Below are positions 7,416-17,611 of a DNA stretch of 64,000 nt, piece after piece; the stretch's first letter is position 1; every line of letters starts with the position of its first letter. The position numbers and the translations under genes are program-made. Under the pieces are notes generated by a model. That model made no database searches. It worked only from the letters and a program-made list of their open reading frames with translations, and was not told where the DNA came from. The stretch is taken from the NCBI GenBank assembly GCA_021827745.1, contig JAKAUI010000035.1, positions 1,953 through 65,952 of the forward strand. The letters are read 5' to 3'. Origin of the DNA: Bacillota bacterium. GTDB taxonomy: Bacteria; Bacillota; Sulfobacillia; JAJZYS01; JAJZLH01.

Positions 7416-10100
7416 ATGGCGATGGGGGAGAGGACCGAAGCGGACCCTGAGCGTCAGATAGAACTCGAAGAGTGGGGCGCGTCGCTGGACTACGTCTTGG
7501 ACCAGCACGATCCCGAGCGGGTCAGAGACCTGCTCGGCGCCCTGTGGGTTCGGGCCAGGGCGGCCGGCGTCGAGGCCCCGTCGCCTGGAGTCACGACCGG
7601 CTATGTCAACACCATCTCGGCCGCCGACGAGGCACCCTATCCCGGCGATCTGGCATTGGAGGCCGAGATCGACTCCCACCTGCGCTGGAATGCCGCCGCC
7701 ATGGTGGTGCGGGCGAATCGGAAGAAGGACGGAATCGGAGGGCATCTCGCCTCCTACGCCTCGATCGCCACCCTCTACGAGGTGGGCTTCAACCACGCCT
7801 TCCGTGCCGGCTCGGGCAACGACAGCGGAGACCAGGTCTTCTTCCAAGGTCACTCCGCCCCCGGCATCTACGCCCGTGCCTATCTGGAGGGACGGCTGAG
7901 CGAGACCCAGCTCGCCAACTTCCGCCGCGAGCTGGCCCCCGGCGGCGGCCTCTCCTCCTACCCCCACCCCTGGCTGATGCCGACCTTCTGGCAGTTCCCG
8001 ACCGTGTCCATGGGCCTCGGTCCCTTGATGGCCATCCATCAGGCCCGCTTCAACCGCTACCTGGCCAACCGCGGCCTGAAGGACACCGCCGGAAGCCGGG
8101 TCTGGGCCTTTTTGGGAGACGGCGAGACCGACGAGCCGGAGGCGCTGGCCGCCATCCGCCTGGCCAGCCGCGAGCATCTGACCAACCTCACCTTTGTGGT
8201 CAACTGCAACCTGCAGCGGCTGGACGGCCCGGTGCGCGGCAACGGCAAGGTGGTTCAGGAGCTGGAGGGGTTGTTTGCGGGAGCAGGATGGCGCGTGATT
8301 AAGGTGCTGTGGAGCCGGGCCTGGGATCCGCTGTTCGAGCGAGACCGTGCCGGCGCGCTTGGCGCCCGGCTGGGTGAGATCACGGACGGCGAGTACCAGC
8401 AGTGCCTGGCCGGCGGACCGAGCGTGCTGCGCCAGGTGGTGTTCAACAGCCCGGAGAGAGAGCGCCTGATCGCCGGCATGGATGACCGGGCGCTGGCCGA
8501 GCTGCTCCCGGGCGGCCTCGATGCGGTGAAGGTGTACAGCGCCTATCGGGCGGCGATGGACGAACCGGAGCGGCCGTGCGTCATCCTGGCCCAGAGCGTG
8601 AAGGGATACCGCCTGGGCTCAGAGCTCGAGGCGCGGAACCTGACCCATGACCAGAAGAAGATTTCCACGGAGTCGCTGCTCGCCCTGCGAGACCGACTGG
8701 GCCTTGAGATCCCAGAAGCGGCCGTCGTCAAGGAGCCGCCGTTTTTGCCGCTGGCCAAGGGATCGAAGGCCGAGGCCTATCTCCTGGCACAGCGCAAGGC
8801 GCTGGGCGGATCGCTGCCGGCCCGCCGCCCGTTCGGCGAGACCCTGCCCGAGGCGGAAGACAAGGTGTTCTCCGAGTTTGACCTCGGCTCTGAACGGCCG
8901 GTCTCCACCACCATGGCGACCGTGCGTCTTCTGACCAACTTGTTGCGCGATCCGGGGCTGGGGGCGAGGGTGGTCCCGATCGTCCCGGACGAGGCCCGCA
9001 CCTTCGGCATGGAGAGCCTGTTCCGCATGATCGGCATCTACAACCCGGACGGCCAGCGCTACCAGCCGGTGGACGCCGGAACGCTTCTGCCCTATCGGGA
9101 GGCAAGAGACGGCCAGCTCTTGGAAGAGGGGATCAACGAGGCCGGGGCGATGGCGTCGTTCATCGCTGCCGCCACCTCCGGGATCACCCATCAGGTGGCG
9201 ACCATCCCCTTCTACTGGTTCTACTCCCAGTTCGGTCTGCAGCGAGTCGGCGACCTGGTGTGGGCGGCCGGCGAGATGCGAAGCCGCGGCTTCCTTCTGG
9301 CCGGACTCTCCGGCCGCACCCAGCTGCAGGGGGAGGGTCTGCAGCATCAAGACGGCGGCAGCCAGCTGATCGCCATGCAGTACCCGACGCTTGAGGCCTA
9401 CGACCCGGCCTTCGCCTACGAGACGGCGGCCGTGGTCAAAGACGGGCTGAGGCGGATGCTGAAGGAGCGGGAGATGGTCTTCTACTACCTGACGCTCGGC
9501 AACGAGACCTATGCCCAGCCGCCGCGGCCGAAGGGTGTGAGCGATCAGGCCATCTTGGCCGGGCTCTACCCGTATGCCGCCGTAAAGGCGCCGGCGAAAG
9601 GCGGCCACGCGGCGCCTTTTGTCCAGATCATGGCCCAGGGGGTGCTGATCCATCAGGCACTCGACGCCCAGGGCCTGCTCGAGAAGCTGGGCGTTTCCTC
9701 GGAGGTGCTCTCGATGCCCTCGATCAAGGCCCTGCACCGCGACGCCTCCGATCAGGAGCGCCTGCGCCTGCTCGGCCAGCCCAGCCGGCCGTCTCATCTG
9801 GAGACGGTGCTCGGGACGCGGGCCGATGCCGTGGTGGCGGTTTCTGACTATGTGCGGGCCCTGCCCGACAGCCTGGGCCGCTGGGTGAAGGCGCCCTTTG
9901 CCACCTTCGGCACGGACGGCTTCGGGCGAAGCGAAGGCCACGAGGAGCTAAGGAGCTTCTTCGAGGTCGATGCGGCCCACATCGCCTATGGGGCGCTGGC
10001 CCTTCTGGTCGGGGCCAAGAAGGCAGACAAGGCCATGCTCGCCGCTGCCGAAAAGGCCTGGAAGATCGATTCCAAGGCGCCCCATCCCCGCAGCCGCTGA
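7416..10100 (+). CDS. aceE: Pyruvate dehydrogenase E1 component, homodimeric AceE type
   Basis: ORF 7350..10100 trimmed to ATG 7416. Motifs: GGHLASYASIATLYEVGFNHAFR, FFQGHSAPGIYARAYLEGRL, GDGETDEPEALAAI. Confidence 0.9.
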   Translation: MAMGERTEADPERQIELEEWGASLDYVLDQHDPERVRDLLGALWVRARAAGVEAPSPGVTTGYVNTISAADEAPYPGDLALEAEIDSHLRWNAAAMVVRANRKKDGIGGHLASYASIATLYEVGFNHAFRAGSGNDSGDQVFFQGHSAPGIYARAYLEGRLSETQLANFRRELAPGGGLSSYPHPWLMPTFWQFPTVSMGLGPLMAIHQARFNRYLANRGLKDTAGSRVWAFLGDGETDEPEALAAIRLASREHLTNLTFVVNCNLQRLDGPVRGNGKVVQELEGLFAGAGWRVIKVLWSRAWDPLFERDRAGALGARLGEITDGEYQQCLAGGPSVLRQVVFNSPERERLIAGMDDRALAELLPGGLDAVKVYSAYRAAMDEPERPCVILAQSVKGYRLGSELEARNLTHDQKKISTESLLALRDRLGLEIPEAAVVKEPPFLPLAKGSKAEAYLLAQRKALGGSLPARRPFGETLPEAEDKVFSEFDLGSERPVSTTMATVRLLTNLLRDPGLGARVVPIVPDEARTFGMESLFRMIGIYNPDGQRYQPVDAGTLLPYREARDGQLLEEGINEAGAMASFIAAATSGITHQVATIPFYWFYSQFGLQRVGDLVWAAGEMRSRGFLLAGLSGRTQLQGEGLQHQDGGSQLIAMQYPTLEAYDPAFAYETAAVVKDGLRRMLKEREMVFYYLTLGNETYAQPPRPKGVSDQAILAGLYPYAAVKAPAKGGHAAPFVQIMAQGVLIHQALDAQGLLEKLGVSSEVLSMPSIKALHRDASDQERLRLLGQPSRPSHLETVLGTRADAVVAVSDYVRALPDSLGRWVKAPFATFGTDGFGRSEGHEELRSFFEVDAAHIAYGALALLVGAKKADKAMLAAAEKAWKIDSKAPHPRSR

Positions 10101-10123
10101 GATCCGGGCAAGGAGGATCCGAG

Positions 10124-11428
10124 ATGGCGAGCGAGTTTCGACTCCCCAAGCTGGCCGAAAAGGAGTCCACCGGGACGGTGGCCAGGGTCAGTGTGGCCGC
10201 AGGCGACGTGCTCACGAGCGGCCAGGTGATCGCCGAGGTGGAGACCGAGAAGGCTGTGGTGGAGGTGCCGGCAGAATCGGCCGGCACGGTGCTGAAGGTC
10301 CATGTCAAGGCTGGAGACGAGGTCAAGGAAGGCACGCTCCTCCTGACGGTCGAGCAGACGGCCGCTGACCCTGCGCTGGCAGCGCAGCAGGAGGAGACTC
10401 CGCCAGAGGCGCCGGCCGAGACGCGCTCAGAGACCCGAGCCAAGGAAGACGCACCAGCCGTCGCCAAGGAGACAGCCGCCAAGGCAGACAGCCGCCAGAC
10501 CGAGGCACCAGCGAACGAGGAGCGACCGCCGAAAGACAATGTGCGGGCGCTGGTTCCGGCGGCCCCCTCCGTCCGCCGCCTGGCCCGCGAGCTCGGCATC
10601 GCCGTTCATCAGGTCGTCGGTTCGGGCGTGCACGGCCGGATCAGCGAGGCAGACGTCAAGGCCCATGCCAAGAGACTGATCACCGGCGGCGCAGCGCGCT
10701 CTGCCCAGGAGCTCCCCGACTTCACCCGCTGGGGCGAGGTGCGCCGGGAGAGGCTCACGCCTGTGCGCCGGGCCACCGCCCGCCATCTGGGGAGCTCGTG
10801 GCCCGAGGTGCCCCAGGTCACCCAGTTCGACCGAGCCGACGTCACGCTCTTGGAGGCTGCCCGCCGACACCACGTCCAGGGAAAGGGCGCACCCAAGGTA
10901 ACCCCGACCGCAGTCCTGCTCTATGTGCTCGCCCACCTGATCCGGGGGTCAGAGAAGTTTCGGGCCAGCTTGGACCTCGCTCGCGACGAGCTCGTGATCA
11001 AGGAGTCGGTGCACATCGGGGTGGCGGTCGACACGCCGCGCGGCCTCTTGGTGCCGGTCGTGCGCGACGCCGATCAGAAGTCTCTGCTTCAGTTGGCCCG
11101 CGACCTGACCGAACTGAGCCTGAGGGCCCGCGAGGCCAAGTTGGGTCCGGCCGAGATGGAGGGCGGGGTCTTCACCATCTCGAACCTGGGCGGGATCGGC
11201 GGCACCGGGTTCACCCCGGTGGTGAACTGGCCGGAGACCGCCATCTTGGGTGTGGCCCGCACGACGACCGAGCCGGTGTGGCAAGACGGGGCCTTCGTGC
11301 CGCGGGACCTGATGCCGCTGTCCCTGTCCTACGATCACCGGGTGATCGACGGGGCCGAGGCGGCCAGGTTCCTGCGCCAACTCTGTGAGCGGCTCGAGGA
11401 TCCGTTTCACCTGATGCTGGAGGGATGA
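10124..11428 (+). CDS. Dihydrolipoamide acyltransferase E2 (one lipoyl domain, PSBD, catalytic domain)
   Basis: Lipoyl motif EVETEKAVVEVPA, PSBD PSVRRLARELGI, catalytic SLSYDHRVIDGA. Confidence 0.9.
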   Translation: MASEFRLPKLAEKESTGTVARVSVAAGDVLTSGQVIAEVETEKAVVEVPAESAGTVLKVHVKAGDEVKEGTLLLTVEQTAADPALAAQQEETPPEAPAETRSETRAKEDAPAVAKETAAKADSRQTEAPANEERPPKDNVRALVPAAPSVRRLARELGIAVHQVVGSGVHGRISEADVKAHAKRLITGGAARSAQELPDFTRWGEVRRERLTPVRRATARHLGSSWPEVPQVTQFDRADVTLLEAARRHHVQGKGAPKVTPTAVLLYVLAHLIRGSEKFRASLDLARDELVIKESVHIGVAVDTPRGLLVPVVRDADQKSLLQLARDLTELSLRAREAKLGPAEMEGGVFTISNLGGIGGTGFTPVVNWPETAILGVARTTTEPVWQDGAFVPRDLMPLSLSYDHRVIDGAEAARFLRQLCERLEDPFHLMLEG

Positions 11429-12840
11429 GGATGGCAACGGCAGACCAGGCGCAGCTGGTGGTGGTGGGCGGCGGGCCGGGCGGCTATGCAGCTGCCTTCC
11501 ATGCCGCCGACCTGGGGCTCCGTGTGACGCTGATCGACCCGGAGAAGAACCCGGGCGGGGTGTGCCTGTACCGGGGGTGCATCCCGTCCAAGGCGCTTCT
11601 GCATGTGGCCGGCGTGATCGCTGAGGCCAAGGAGGCCGCCGCGGCCGGGGTGAGCTTTGGGGCGCCGAAGATCGATCTAGATGCCCTGCGCGCCTTCAAG
11701 GGCGGGGTGGTCGAGCGGCTGACCGGCGGCCTGGGGCAGCTGAGCCGGGCCCGCAAGATCACCTATGTTCAGGGTCGGGCCCGCTTCACGGCTGCAAACA
11801 CGCTTGAGGTCACGGGCCCAGAGGGTACGAAGACCAGTCTCGACTTCGCACAGGCCATCATCGCCACTGGATCGCGGGCGGCGACGCTTCGAAATCTGCC
11901 CGACCATGAGCGGGTGATGAATTCGCGCCAGGCGCTTGACCTGCCAGAGGTTCCCAAGCGGCTTCTGGTGGTGGGTGGCGGCTACATCGGCGTCGAGATG
12001 GCAAGCGTCTACGCTGCGCTCGGCGCTCGGGTCACGATCGTGGAACTGACGGGCGGGCTCCTGCCCGGTGCCGACCGCGACCTGGTCAAGCCGCTCGAGA
12101 TCCGGATCAAAGGCGTGCTCGAGGCGCTGTGGCTCAATACCAAGGTGACCTCGGCCAAGGTGCAGGGCAAGACGGTGACGGTCGAGGTGGAAGGACCGGA
12201 CGGCAAGAAGAAGGAGACCTTCGATCGCCTGCTGGTGGCGGTGGGACGGGTTCCGAACACCAAGGACATCGGGCTTGAGGCACTCGGCATCACAGTGGAC
12301 GACCACGGCTTCATCCCGGTCGACCTGGCCAGACGCACCAAGCTTGCCCACATTTTCGCCATTGGCGACGTCGCCGGCCAGCCGATGCTCGCCCACAAGG
12401 CCAGCCATGAGGGCCAGGTGGCGGCTGCGGCCGCTGCCGGCAAGAAGGTGGCCTTCGAGCCGCAGGCCATCCCGGCCGTGGTGTTCACCGATCCGGAAGT
12501 GGCCTGGTGCGGGCTGACCGAGGAGGACGCCAAGCGCAGCGGCGTCGACGTCAAGGTGGGGAAGTTCCCGTGGGCCGCCTCCGGGCGGGCCTTGACCATG
12601 GGCCGGTCAGACGGTCTGACCAAGGTCGTGGCCGAGGCCGCCAGCGGCCGTGTGCTGGGGGTCGGCGTGGTCGGACCGGGGGCCGGCGAGCTGATCGCCG
12701 AGGGGGTGCTGGCCGTGGAGATGGCGGCCGTGGCCGAGGATCTGGCGCTTTCCATTCACCCGCATCCCACGCTGTCTGAGACCTTGATGGAGGCGGCTGC
12801 CTCCGTCTTCGGAAAGAGTCTGCACTATCTCGGACGCTAG
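11425..12840 (+). CDS. lpd: Dihydrolipoyl dehydrogenase E3
   Basis: VVVGGGPGGYAAA, redox-active GGVCLYRGCIPSKALL, HPHPTLSE. ATGA-type overlap with E2. Confidence 0.9.
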   Translation: MRMATADQAQLVVVGGGPGGYAAAFHAADLGLRVTLIDPEKNPGGVCLYRGCIPSKALLHVAGVIAEAKEAAAAGVSFGAPKIDLDALRAFKGGVVERLTGGLGQLSRARKITYVQGRARFTAANTLEVTGPEGTKTSLDFAQAIIATGSRAATLRNLPDHERVMNSRQALDLPEVPKRLLVVGGGYIGVEMASVYAALGARVTIVELTGGLLPGADRDLVKPLEIRIKGVLEALWLNTKVTSAKVQGKTVTVEVEGPDGKKKETFDRLLVAVGRVPNTKDIGLEALGITVDDHGFIPVDLARRTKLAHIFAIGDVAGQPMLAHKASHEGQVAAAAAAGKKVAFEPQAIPAVVFTDPEVAWCGLTEEDAKRSGVDVKVGKFPWAASGRALTMGRSDGLTKVVAEAASGRVLGVGVVGPGAGELIAEGVLAVEMAAVAEDLALSIHPHPTLSETLMEAAASVFGKSLHYLGR

Positions 12841-13108
12841 CAGACAGGTGCCTGGCCGAGGCCAGGCGGCTCCTCCGCGCCGCCGCCTCGCCCTCTTGAA
12901 TTGCCTGGGGGCGGGCTGCTGACCCAGATCGGACCCGAGTCGGCGCTGGTGCCCAAAGCGGGCGCCAGCGCCGTTCGCCGCAGCGGTCCTCTCGGCGCCA
13001 GAGCGCTCTGCGAGCGGGTAGCCGCCGACCAAAGACGGCGGCCTTTACCGCTGGCCACCCTGTGCTATACTTCGCAAAGCATAGCGAAAGTTTTTGGGAG
13101 GCATGGTC

Positions 13109-14500
13109 ATGTCCATCCACCCGCTTGCCACCGTGAAGAGCCAGCTGCAGCTGGGGCGCAACCAGCGCGCCGAGCGTTGGCGGGATGTGTCCGACCAGGA
13201 CTGGGCCGACTGGAAGTGGCAGATGAAAAACCGCCTCTCCTCCTATCAGGAGCTGGCGGACCTGTTGCATCTGACACCAGATGAGGAAGAGGGCATCCGG
13301 GCCGAAGGCCGCTTCCGGCTCGACATCACGCCCTATTTCGCCTCCCTGCTCGACCCGGACGATCCAACCTGCCCCTTGCGCCGCCAGGTGATCCCGACGG
13401 CACAGGAGCTGCGCCCGTTCACGGCCGAGATGGAGGACTCCCTGGCCGAAGACCGGCACAGTCCGGTGCCAGGATTGGTGCACCGCTATCCGGATCGGGT
13501 CCTGATGCTGGTGACCACGCAGTGCGCCAGCTACTGCCGCTACTGCACCCGAAGCCGGATCGTGGGCGACCCCGAACAGAACTTCCGGCCCGAGGAGTAT
13601 CAGGCCCAGCTCGAGTACCTCCGGAACACGCCTCAGGTCCGCGACGTGCTGCTCTCCGGCGGCGATCCGCTGGTGCTCGCCCCCAAGGTGCTGGAAGGGC
13701 TGCTCACCGAGCTGCGGGCGATCCCGCACATCGAGGTGATCCGGATCGGCACCCGGGTACCGGTCTTTTTGCCCCAGCGCATCACCCAGGACCTGTGCGA
13801 CATGCTGGAGCGCTTTCACCCGCTGTGGGTGAACATCCACTTCAACCATCCGAAGGAGATCACTCCGGAGGTGGCCGACGCCTGCGGACGCCTGGCCAAG
13901 GCCGGCATTCCGCTCGGCTCCCAGTCGGTGCTTCTGGCGGGCATCAACGACCACCCGGTGGTGATGACCAAGCTGATGCACGAACTGGTCAAGATCCGGG
14001 TCCGCCCCTATTACATCTACCAGTGCGACCTGGTGCACGGCGCCGGGCACTTTCGAACCACGGTGGCCAAGGGGATCGAGATCATCGAGGCGCTGCGCGG
14101 GCACACCTCAGGCTATGCGGTGCCGACCTACGTGATCGACGCCCCCGGCGGCGGCGGCAAGGTGCCGGTCGGACCGCAGTACATCATCTCGCAGGCGCCG
14201 GGGACCACGGTCGTCCGAAACTTCGAAGGCTACATTGCATCCTACCTGGAACCCGAGGACTACCGCGGACCCGACATGGCCATCCCGCCGCAGTGGGTGC
14301 GGACCGAGCCAGGTCAGAGCGGAGTGTCCGGCCTGTTGCGCGGAGACGGCCTGGCCATTGTGCCGGACGGCTTCGAGGGCACCCACCAGCGGGGCGGTCG
14401 CGCGCACCGGTTGAACCAAGACGCCAGGAAGTGGATGCCAAAAGGCTTCGCCGCACCGGCAGCCCAGACGAGCGACACGGAGTCCTCCCCGCAGGGCTGA
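13109..14500 (+). CDS. kamA: Lysine 2,3-aminomutase (radical SAM/PLP)
   Basis: CASYCRYCTRSRIVG (CxxxCxxC), LLSGGDPL, IYQCDLVHGAGHFRT. ATG 13109 lies 8 nt after GGGAGG. Confidence 0.85.
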   Translation: MSIHPLATVKSQLQLGRNQRAERWRDVSDQDWADWKWQMKNRLSSYQELADLLHLTPDEEEGIRAEGRFRLDITPYFASLLDPDDPTCPLRRQVIPTAQELRPFTAEMEDSLAEDRHSPVPGLVHRYPDRVLMLVTTQCASYCRYCTRSRIVGDPEQNFRPEEYQAQLEYLRNTPQVRDVLLSGGDPLVLAPKVLEGLLTELRAIPHIEVIRIGTRVPVFLPQRITQDLCDMLERFHPLWVNIHFNHPKEITPEVADACGRLAKAGIPLGSQSVLLAGINDHPVVMTKLMHELVKIRVRPYYIYQCDLVHGAGHFRTTVAKGIEIIEALRGHTSGYAVPTYVIDAPGGGGKVPVGPQYIISQAPGTTVVRNFEGYIASYLEPEDYRGPDMAIPPQWVRTEPGQSGVSGLLRGDGLAIVPDGFEGTHQRGGRAHRLNQDARKWMPKGFAAPAAQTSDTESSPQG

Positions 14501-14680
14501 CGGCCGCCTGCCCACACACCCAAAGAGATCATGACCCTGCCGCTGGCGCGCCCTGGCGGGCCCCCCAACCGATCCACCGGCCGGGGCCCGTCCATCTGGG
14601 ACGCTGGCGTCGCCGTGCCGGGTCGTTCCCGGATCGTGCTAGCATGGGAGCGGTCGCCACAAGGGGGGTATCGGGACTCC

Positions 14681-15607
14681 GTGATTGTTCGTGAGTACTA
14701 CCAACAAGACGCCTTAGACCCCGTGCTTGATGCTGAGTTCGTGCTGAGCCTGGTGCAGCGGCACGTGCCGCACGCCTCACAACTGACCAGCGTGGACGAA
14801 AGCGGCGGCGAGGCGCGCACCTATCTGGTCGACGAGACGATCGTCCTGAAGGTGCAGAGGCCGCATCAGCTGCGGTCGTGGACGAGCCTTGCCAAGGAGG
14901 TCGCCTTTTTGCGGCAGATCGAAGAGGACGACCCGGCGCTGCCGGTGCCGCGCGTCTTGGGCTACGGTCGGGAGGAGAGCGTGGAATACACCTGCATGAC
15001 CCGGATGGCCGGAGACGCCGCCGTGCGCTCCACCATCCCGGATGCCGTCCGATCTGAGACGCTGGGCGCCCTGGGACGGGTCATCCGCCGCGTGCATGCG
15101 ATCAGCCAGGCGCCGCTGCGGGCGAGCGGACTCTTCCCCGAGGAGTACACGCCGGCTGATCTGCGGATGTCTGTGGCGGAGGACGTGCACGACCTGGCCG
15201 AGAGCATCGCCAAGAGCGGGCAGGCCTGGCCGCTTTCGCTTCGCCCAGAGCAGCTGGCGCATGTGCTCGCCGAGCGGGTCCCCGAAACCGAGATGCCGAT
15301 TGCGCTGCACACAAACCCCGGGCCGACCCACACCTTTGTCGATCCGAAGAGCGGGCGATTTGTCGGATTGATCGACTTCGGCGACGCCTACATCGGCCAT
15401 CCGGTCTTCGACCTGTGGCAGTGGGGCGACCCATCCGACCGGCAGGCGGTGCTCGCCGGCTACCTGGAGAGCGGACCGCTCGATGCGGAGTTCTGGTCGA
15501 TGTGGGACGCGGCGCAGGTGGTCTCCGACCTGGTGGCGATTTCCCGCAGGCGGCCCTATTTGGATCGGTCGGCCCGCCACCTCAAGGAACTGGTCGCCGG
15601 ATGGTAG
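14681..15607 (+). CDS. APH/choline-kinase-fold kinase-like protein with a non-canonical catalytic loop
   Basis: ORF 14531..15607 trimmed to GTG 14681 (RBS AAGGGGGG). ESGGEARTYLV, IVLKVQ and LIDFGDAYIGHPVFDLWQW are present, but the catalytic loop is LHTNPGPTHTFV rather than HGDxxxxN. Confidence 0.7.
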   Translation: MIVREYYQQDALDPVLDAEFVLSLVQRHVPHASQLTSVDESGGEARTYLVDETIVLKVQRPHQLRSWTSLAKEVAFLRQIEEDDPALPVPRVLGYGREESVEYTCMTRMAGDAAVRSTIPDAVRSETLGALGRVIRRVHAISQAPLRASGLFPEEYTPADLRMSVAEDVHDLAESIAKSGQAWPLSLRPEQLAHVLAERVPETEMPIALHTNPGPTHTFVDPKSGRFVGLIDFGDAYIGHPVFDLWQWGDPSDRQAVLAGYLESGPLDAEFWSMWDAAQVVSDLVAISRRRPYLDRSARHLKELVAGW

Positions 15608-15617
15608 CGCCCGACCG

Positions 15618-16691
15618 ATGACTGTGGGCGCCCCGCTGATCCGCCTCACCGGCATCAGCAAGACCTACCCGGCGGCCGAACTCTCCCTGCGCGGCACAAA
15701 GCTTGTGACCCAGGGTCCAGCGCTTTGGGCGAAGCAGCTTGCCCGCGCCGCCCGGCTCACCGCCGTCTCCGGCGAGCCGGTCAGAGCCCTGACCGACGTC
15801 ACCCTCGCCGTCTATCCCGGAGAGGTCTTCGGTCTGATCGGGCCAAACGGGTCGGGCAAGACCACCTTGGTCAAGATCGTGGCCGGTCTCTTGCGCCCTT
15901 CGACCGGGACGGGCGAGGTGGCGGGGGTCGATCTGGCCCAGGCCGCCATCATCCGGCGGCGGGTCTCCTATGTGTCGACGACGGGCTGGATGGGGCTGGA
16001 GTGGGCGCTCACCGCCGAGGAGAACGTGCGCTTTTTCGGGCTGCTCTGCGGCATGAGCCCTGCCCTAGCCCGCCAGCGCACCCTGGCGGCGCTGGGAGAC
16101 GTCGGGCTCGTCGCCGACGGGCGAAAGGCCGTGTCTGAGCTCTCAAACGGCATGCGCCAGCGTGTGATCCTGGCCCGGGCGCTGCTCCTGCGCACGCCGA
16201 TCGTTTTACTCGACGAGCCGACGGTTGGCCTTGACCCCGTGCACCGCCGCCAGATGCTGGAGCTGGTCGGCGAGACGCTGCCAAAGCGGGGACAGACGGT
16301 GATCATCGTGGATCACCAGGCCGACGCCATCGAAGGCATCGCCCGGCGCGCCGCCATCATGAAAGACGGCCGCCTGGTGGGCGTAGGCACGCCCGCCGAG
16401 CTGCTGGAGTCTCTTTCCGGACTCAAGGTGGTGGAGCTGATCAGCAGGGGTGGAGCCCAGCCTGAGACGCTGCCGCCTAGGCCTGTGCGCGCAGTGGAGC
16501 AGGTGTTGCGCCCGGGCCCGCTGGGCCTCACCCAGTGGCACCTCACCGTCGAGGAGCGGCCCGACGCCCTGGAGGCCGCCCTCGGCTGGGTGCTTTCGGG
16601 CGGCGGAGAGATCCTGCAGGTGGCCGAGCACGCTCCCCATCTGGCGGACCTCTTGGCGGCTCAGGCGCCGGACGAGCAGGAGGCCGGCTGA
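15618..16691 (+). CDS. ABC transporter ATP-binding protein (ABC-2 exporter type) with an N-terminal insertion and a C-terminal extra domain
   Basis: ORF 15483.. trimmed to ATG 15618. GPNGSGKTT, LSNGMRQRVILA, VLLDEP. About 30 aa are inserted between ISKTY and VRALTDV. Confidence 0.85.
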   Translation: MTVGAPLIRLTGISKTYPAAELSLRGTKLVTQGPALWAKQLARAARLTAVSGEPVRALTDVTLAVYPGEVFGLIGPNGSGKTTLVKIVAGLLRPSTGTGEVAGVDLAQAAIIRRRVSYVSTTGWMGLEWALTAEENVRFFGLLCGMSPALARQRTLAALGDVGLVADGRKAVSELSNGMRQRVILARALLLRTPIVLLDEPTVGLDPVHRRQMLELVGETLPKRGQTVIIVDHQADAIEGIARRAAIMKDGRLVGVGTPAELLESLSGLKVVELISRGGAQPETLPPRPVRAVEQVLRPGPLGLTQWHLTVEERPDALEAALGWVLSGGGEILQVAEHAPHLADLLAAQAPDEQEAG

Positions 16692-17611
16692 TGGCGTCGT
16701 CGGTGTCCGAGCAGCAGGGACGGCATCCGGAGGGCGCACTCGTCCGCGAGGCGCGCACGCTCTGGGCCTTTGCGGTCCGCGAGTACCGGATCTGGCAGTC
16801 GTACCGGGTCAACCAGTTGATGTGGCTCGTGAACATTTTTGTGACCACCCTGCTGTTCTTCCTGATGGGCCTGATGGTGAAGGGCAAGGCGGCGGCGCTG
16901 ATCGGCGGCGCCTACGGGACGAACTACATGTCCTTCATCGTGGTCGCCATCGCTCTCAGCACGTTCCTCTACACGAACCTCTCCGACCCATACACCCGGA
17001 TCGCCCGCAGCTACTACAACGGCACCATGGACCTGCTGCTGCTGTCCCCGATGTCCATCTTCACGCCGCTGTTCGGCTTCATGACCAAGTCGATCCTGGA
17101 CGACTATCCGCGGCTTCTGATCGTGGGCGCCTTCGGCGTGTTCTTGTTCGGGGCCGTCTTCCGCTTCCAACACATCTTGGCCGCATTGGGCTTCACTGCG
17201 CTCGCTCTAGCCGCCGCCTTTGGCATCGGCATGATCAGCGCCAGCTCCTTCTACCTCCTGAACATCAAGCGGGGCACAGAGCCCGTCCGCTTCATCGTCC
17301 AGCAGCTTTTGGCAACCTTGCTCGCTGGCGCCTACTATCCGGTCACCGTGCTGCCAAAGCCGCTGCAGTGGATCGCCTGCCTGATCCCGCACACCTACGT
17401 GTTCGACGCTCTGCGCCGGCTGATGGACCCCGGGGCGCGGCTCACGGTTCCGGTGCTGCCGATTCAGCAGGTTCTGCCCTGGAGCCCGCTCGTTGTCGAC
17501 GCCGTGGCGCTTAGTGCCATGACGCTGATCCTTTTGCCACTGGGATTCGTCCTCTACGGACAGGGCATCGAAAAGGCCCGGCGGAACGGGACGCTGACAC
17601 GATGGCAGTGA
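16691..17611 (+). CDS. ABC-2 type permease
   Basis: ORF 16535.. trimmed to ATG 16691 (TGATG overlap). About 6 TM segments; LLLLSPMSIF and IPHTYVFDALRRL. Confidence 0.8.
   Translation: MASSVSEQQGRHPEGALVREARTLWAFAVREYRIWQSYRVNQLMWLVNIFVTTLLFFLMGLMVKGKAAALIGGAYGTNYMSFIVVAIALSTFLYTNLSDPYTRIARSYYNGTMDLLLLSPMSIFTPLFGFMTKSILDDYPRLLIVGAFGVFLFGAVFRFQHILAALGFTALALAAAFGIGMISASSFYLLNIKRGTEPVRFIVQQLLATLLAGAYYPVTVLPKPLQWIACLIPHTYVFDALRRLMDPGARLTVPVLPIQQVLPWSPLVVDAVALSAMTLILLPLGFVLYGQGIEKARRNGTLTRWQ

Noticed and set aside
5999-7417. 472-aa ORF on the minus strand opposite the fused permease-ATPase gene
   Set aside because: It lies antisense to a gene with unmistakable ABC motifs. Its translation is Arg/Gly/Pro/Ala-rich with no motif. 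This is a typical shadow ORF of high-GC DNA.
8619-9941. 440-aa minus-strand ORF inside aceE. The same applies to 28743..30068, 31621..32691, 44056..45453, 51851..52861 and 54542..56158.
   Set aside because: All lie antisense to genes with strong family motifs (AceE, GlcD, GH15, MarR/HlyD/MFS, SDRs, SdhA), and none has a recognisable motif. They are shadow ORFs.
12841-13108. Possible lysine (L-box) or other riboswitch in the 268-nt kamA upstream region
   Set aside because: It contains only two simple GC hairpins (12852-12868, 13021-13042) and a promoter-like TTTACC-17-TATACT. I recognised no multi-helix conserved core.
12551-14104. 517-aa minus-strand ORF spanning the lpd 3' end, the intergenic region and kamA
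   Set aside because: It lies antisense to two well-supported genes and crosses a promoter/terminator region. Its composition is low-complexity, R/P/G-rich.
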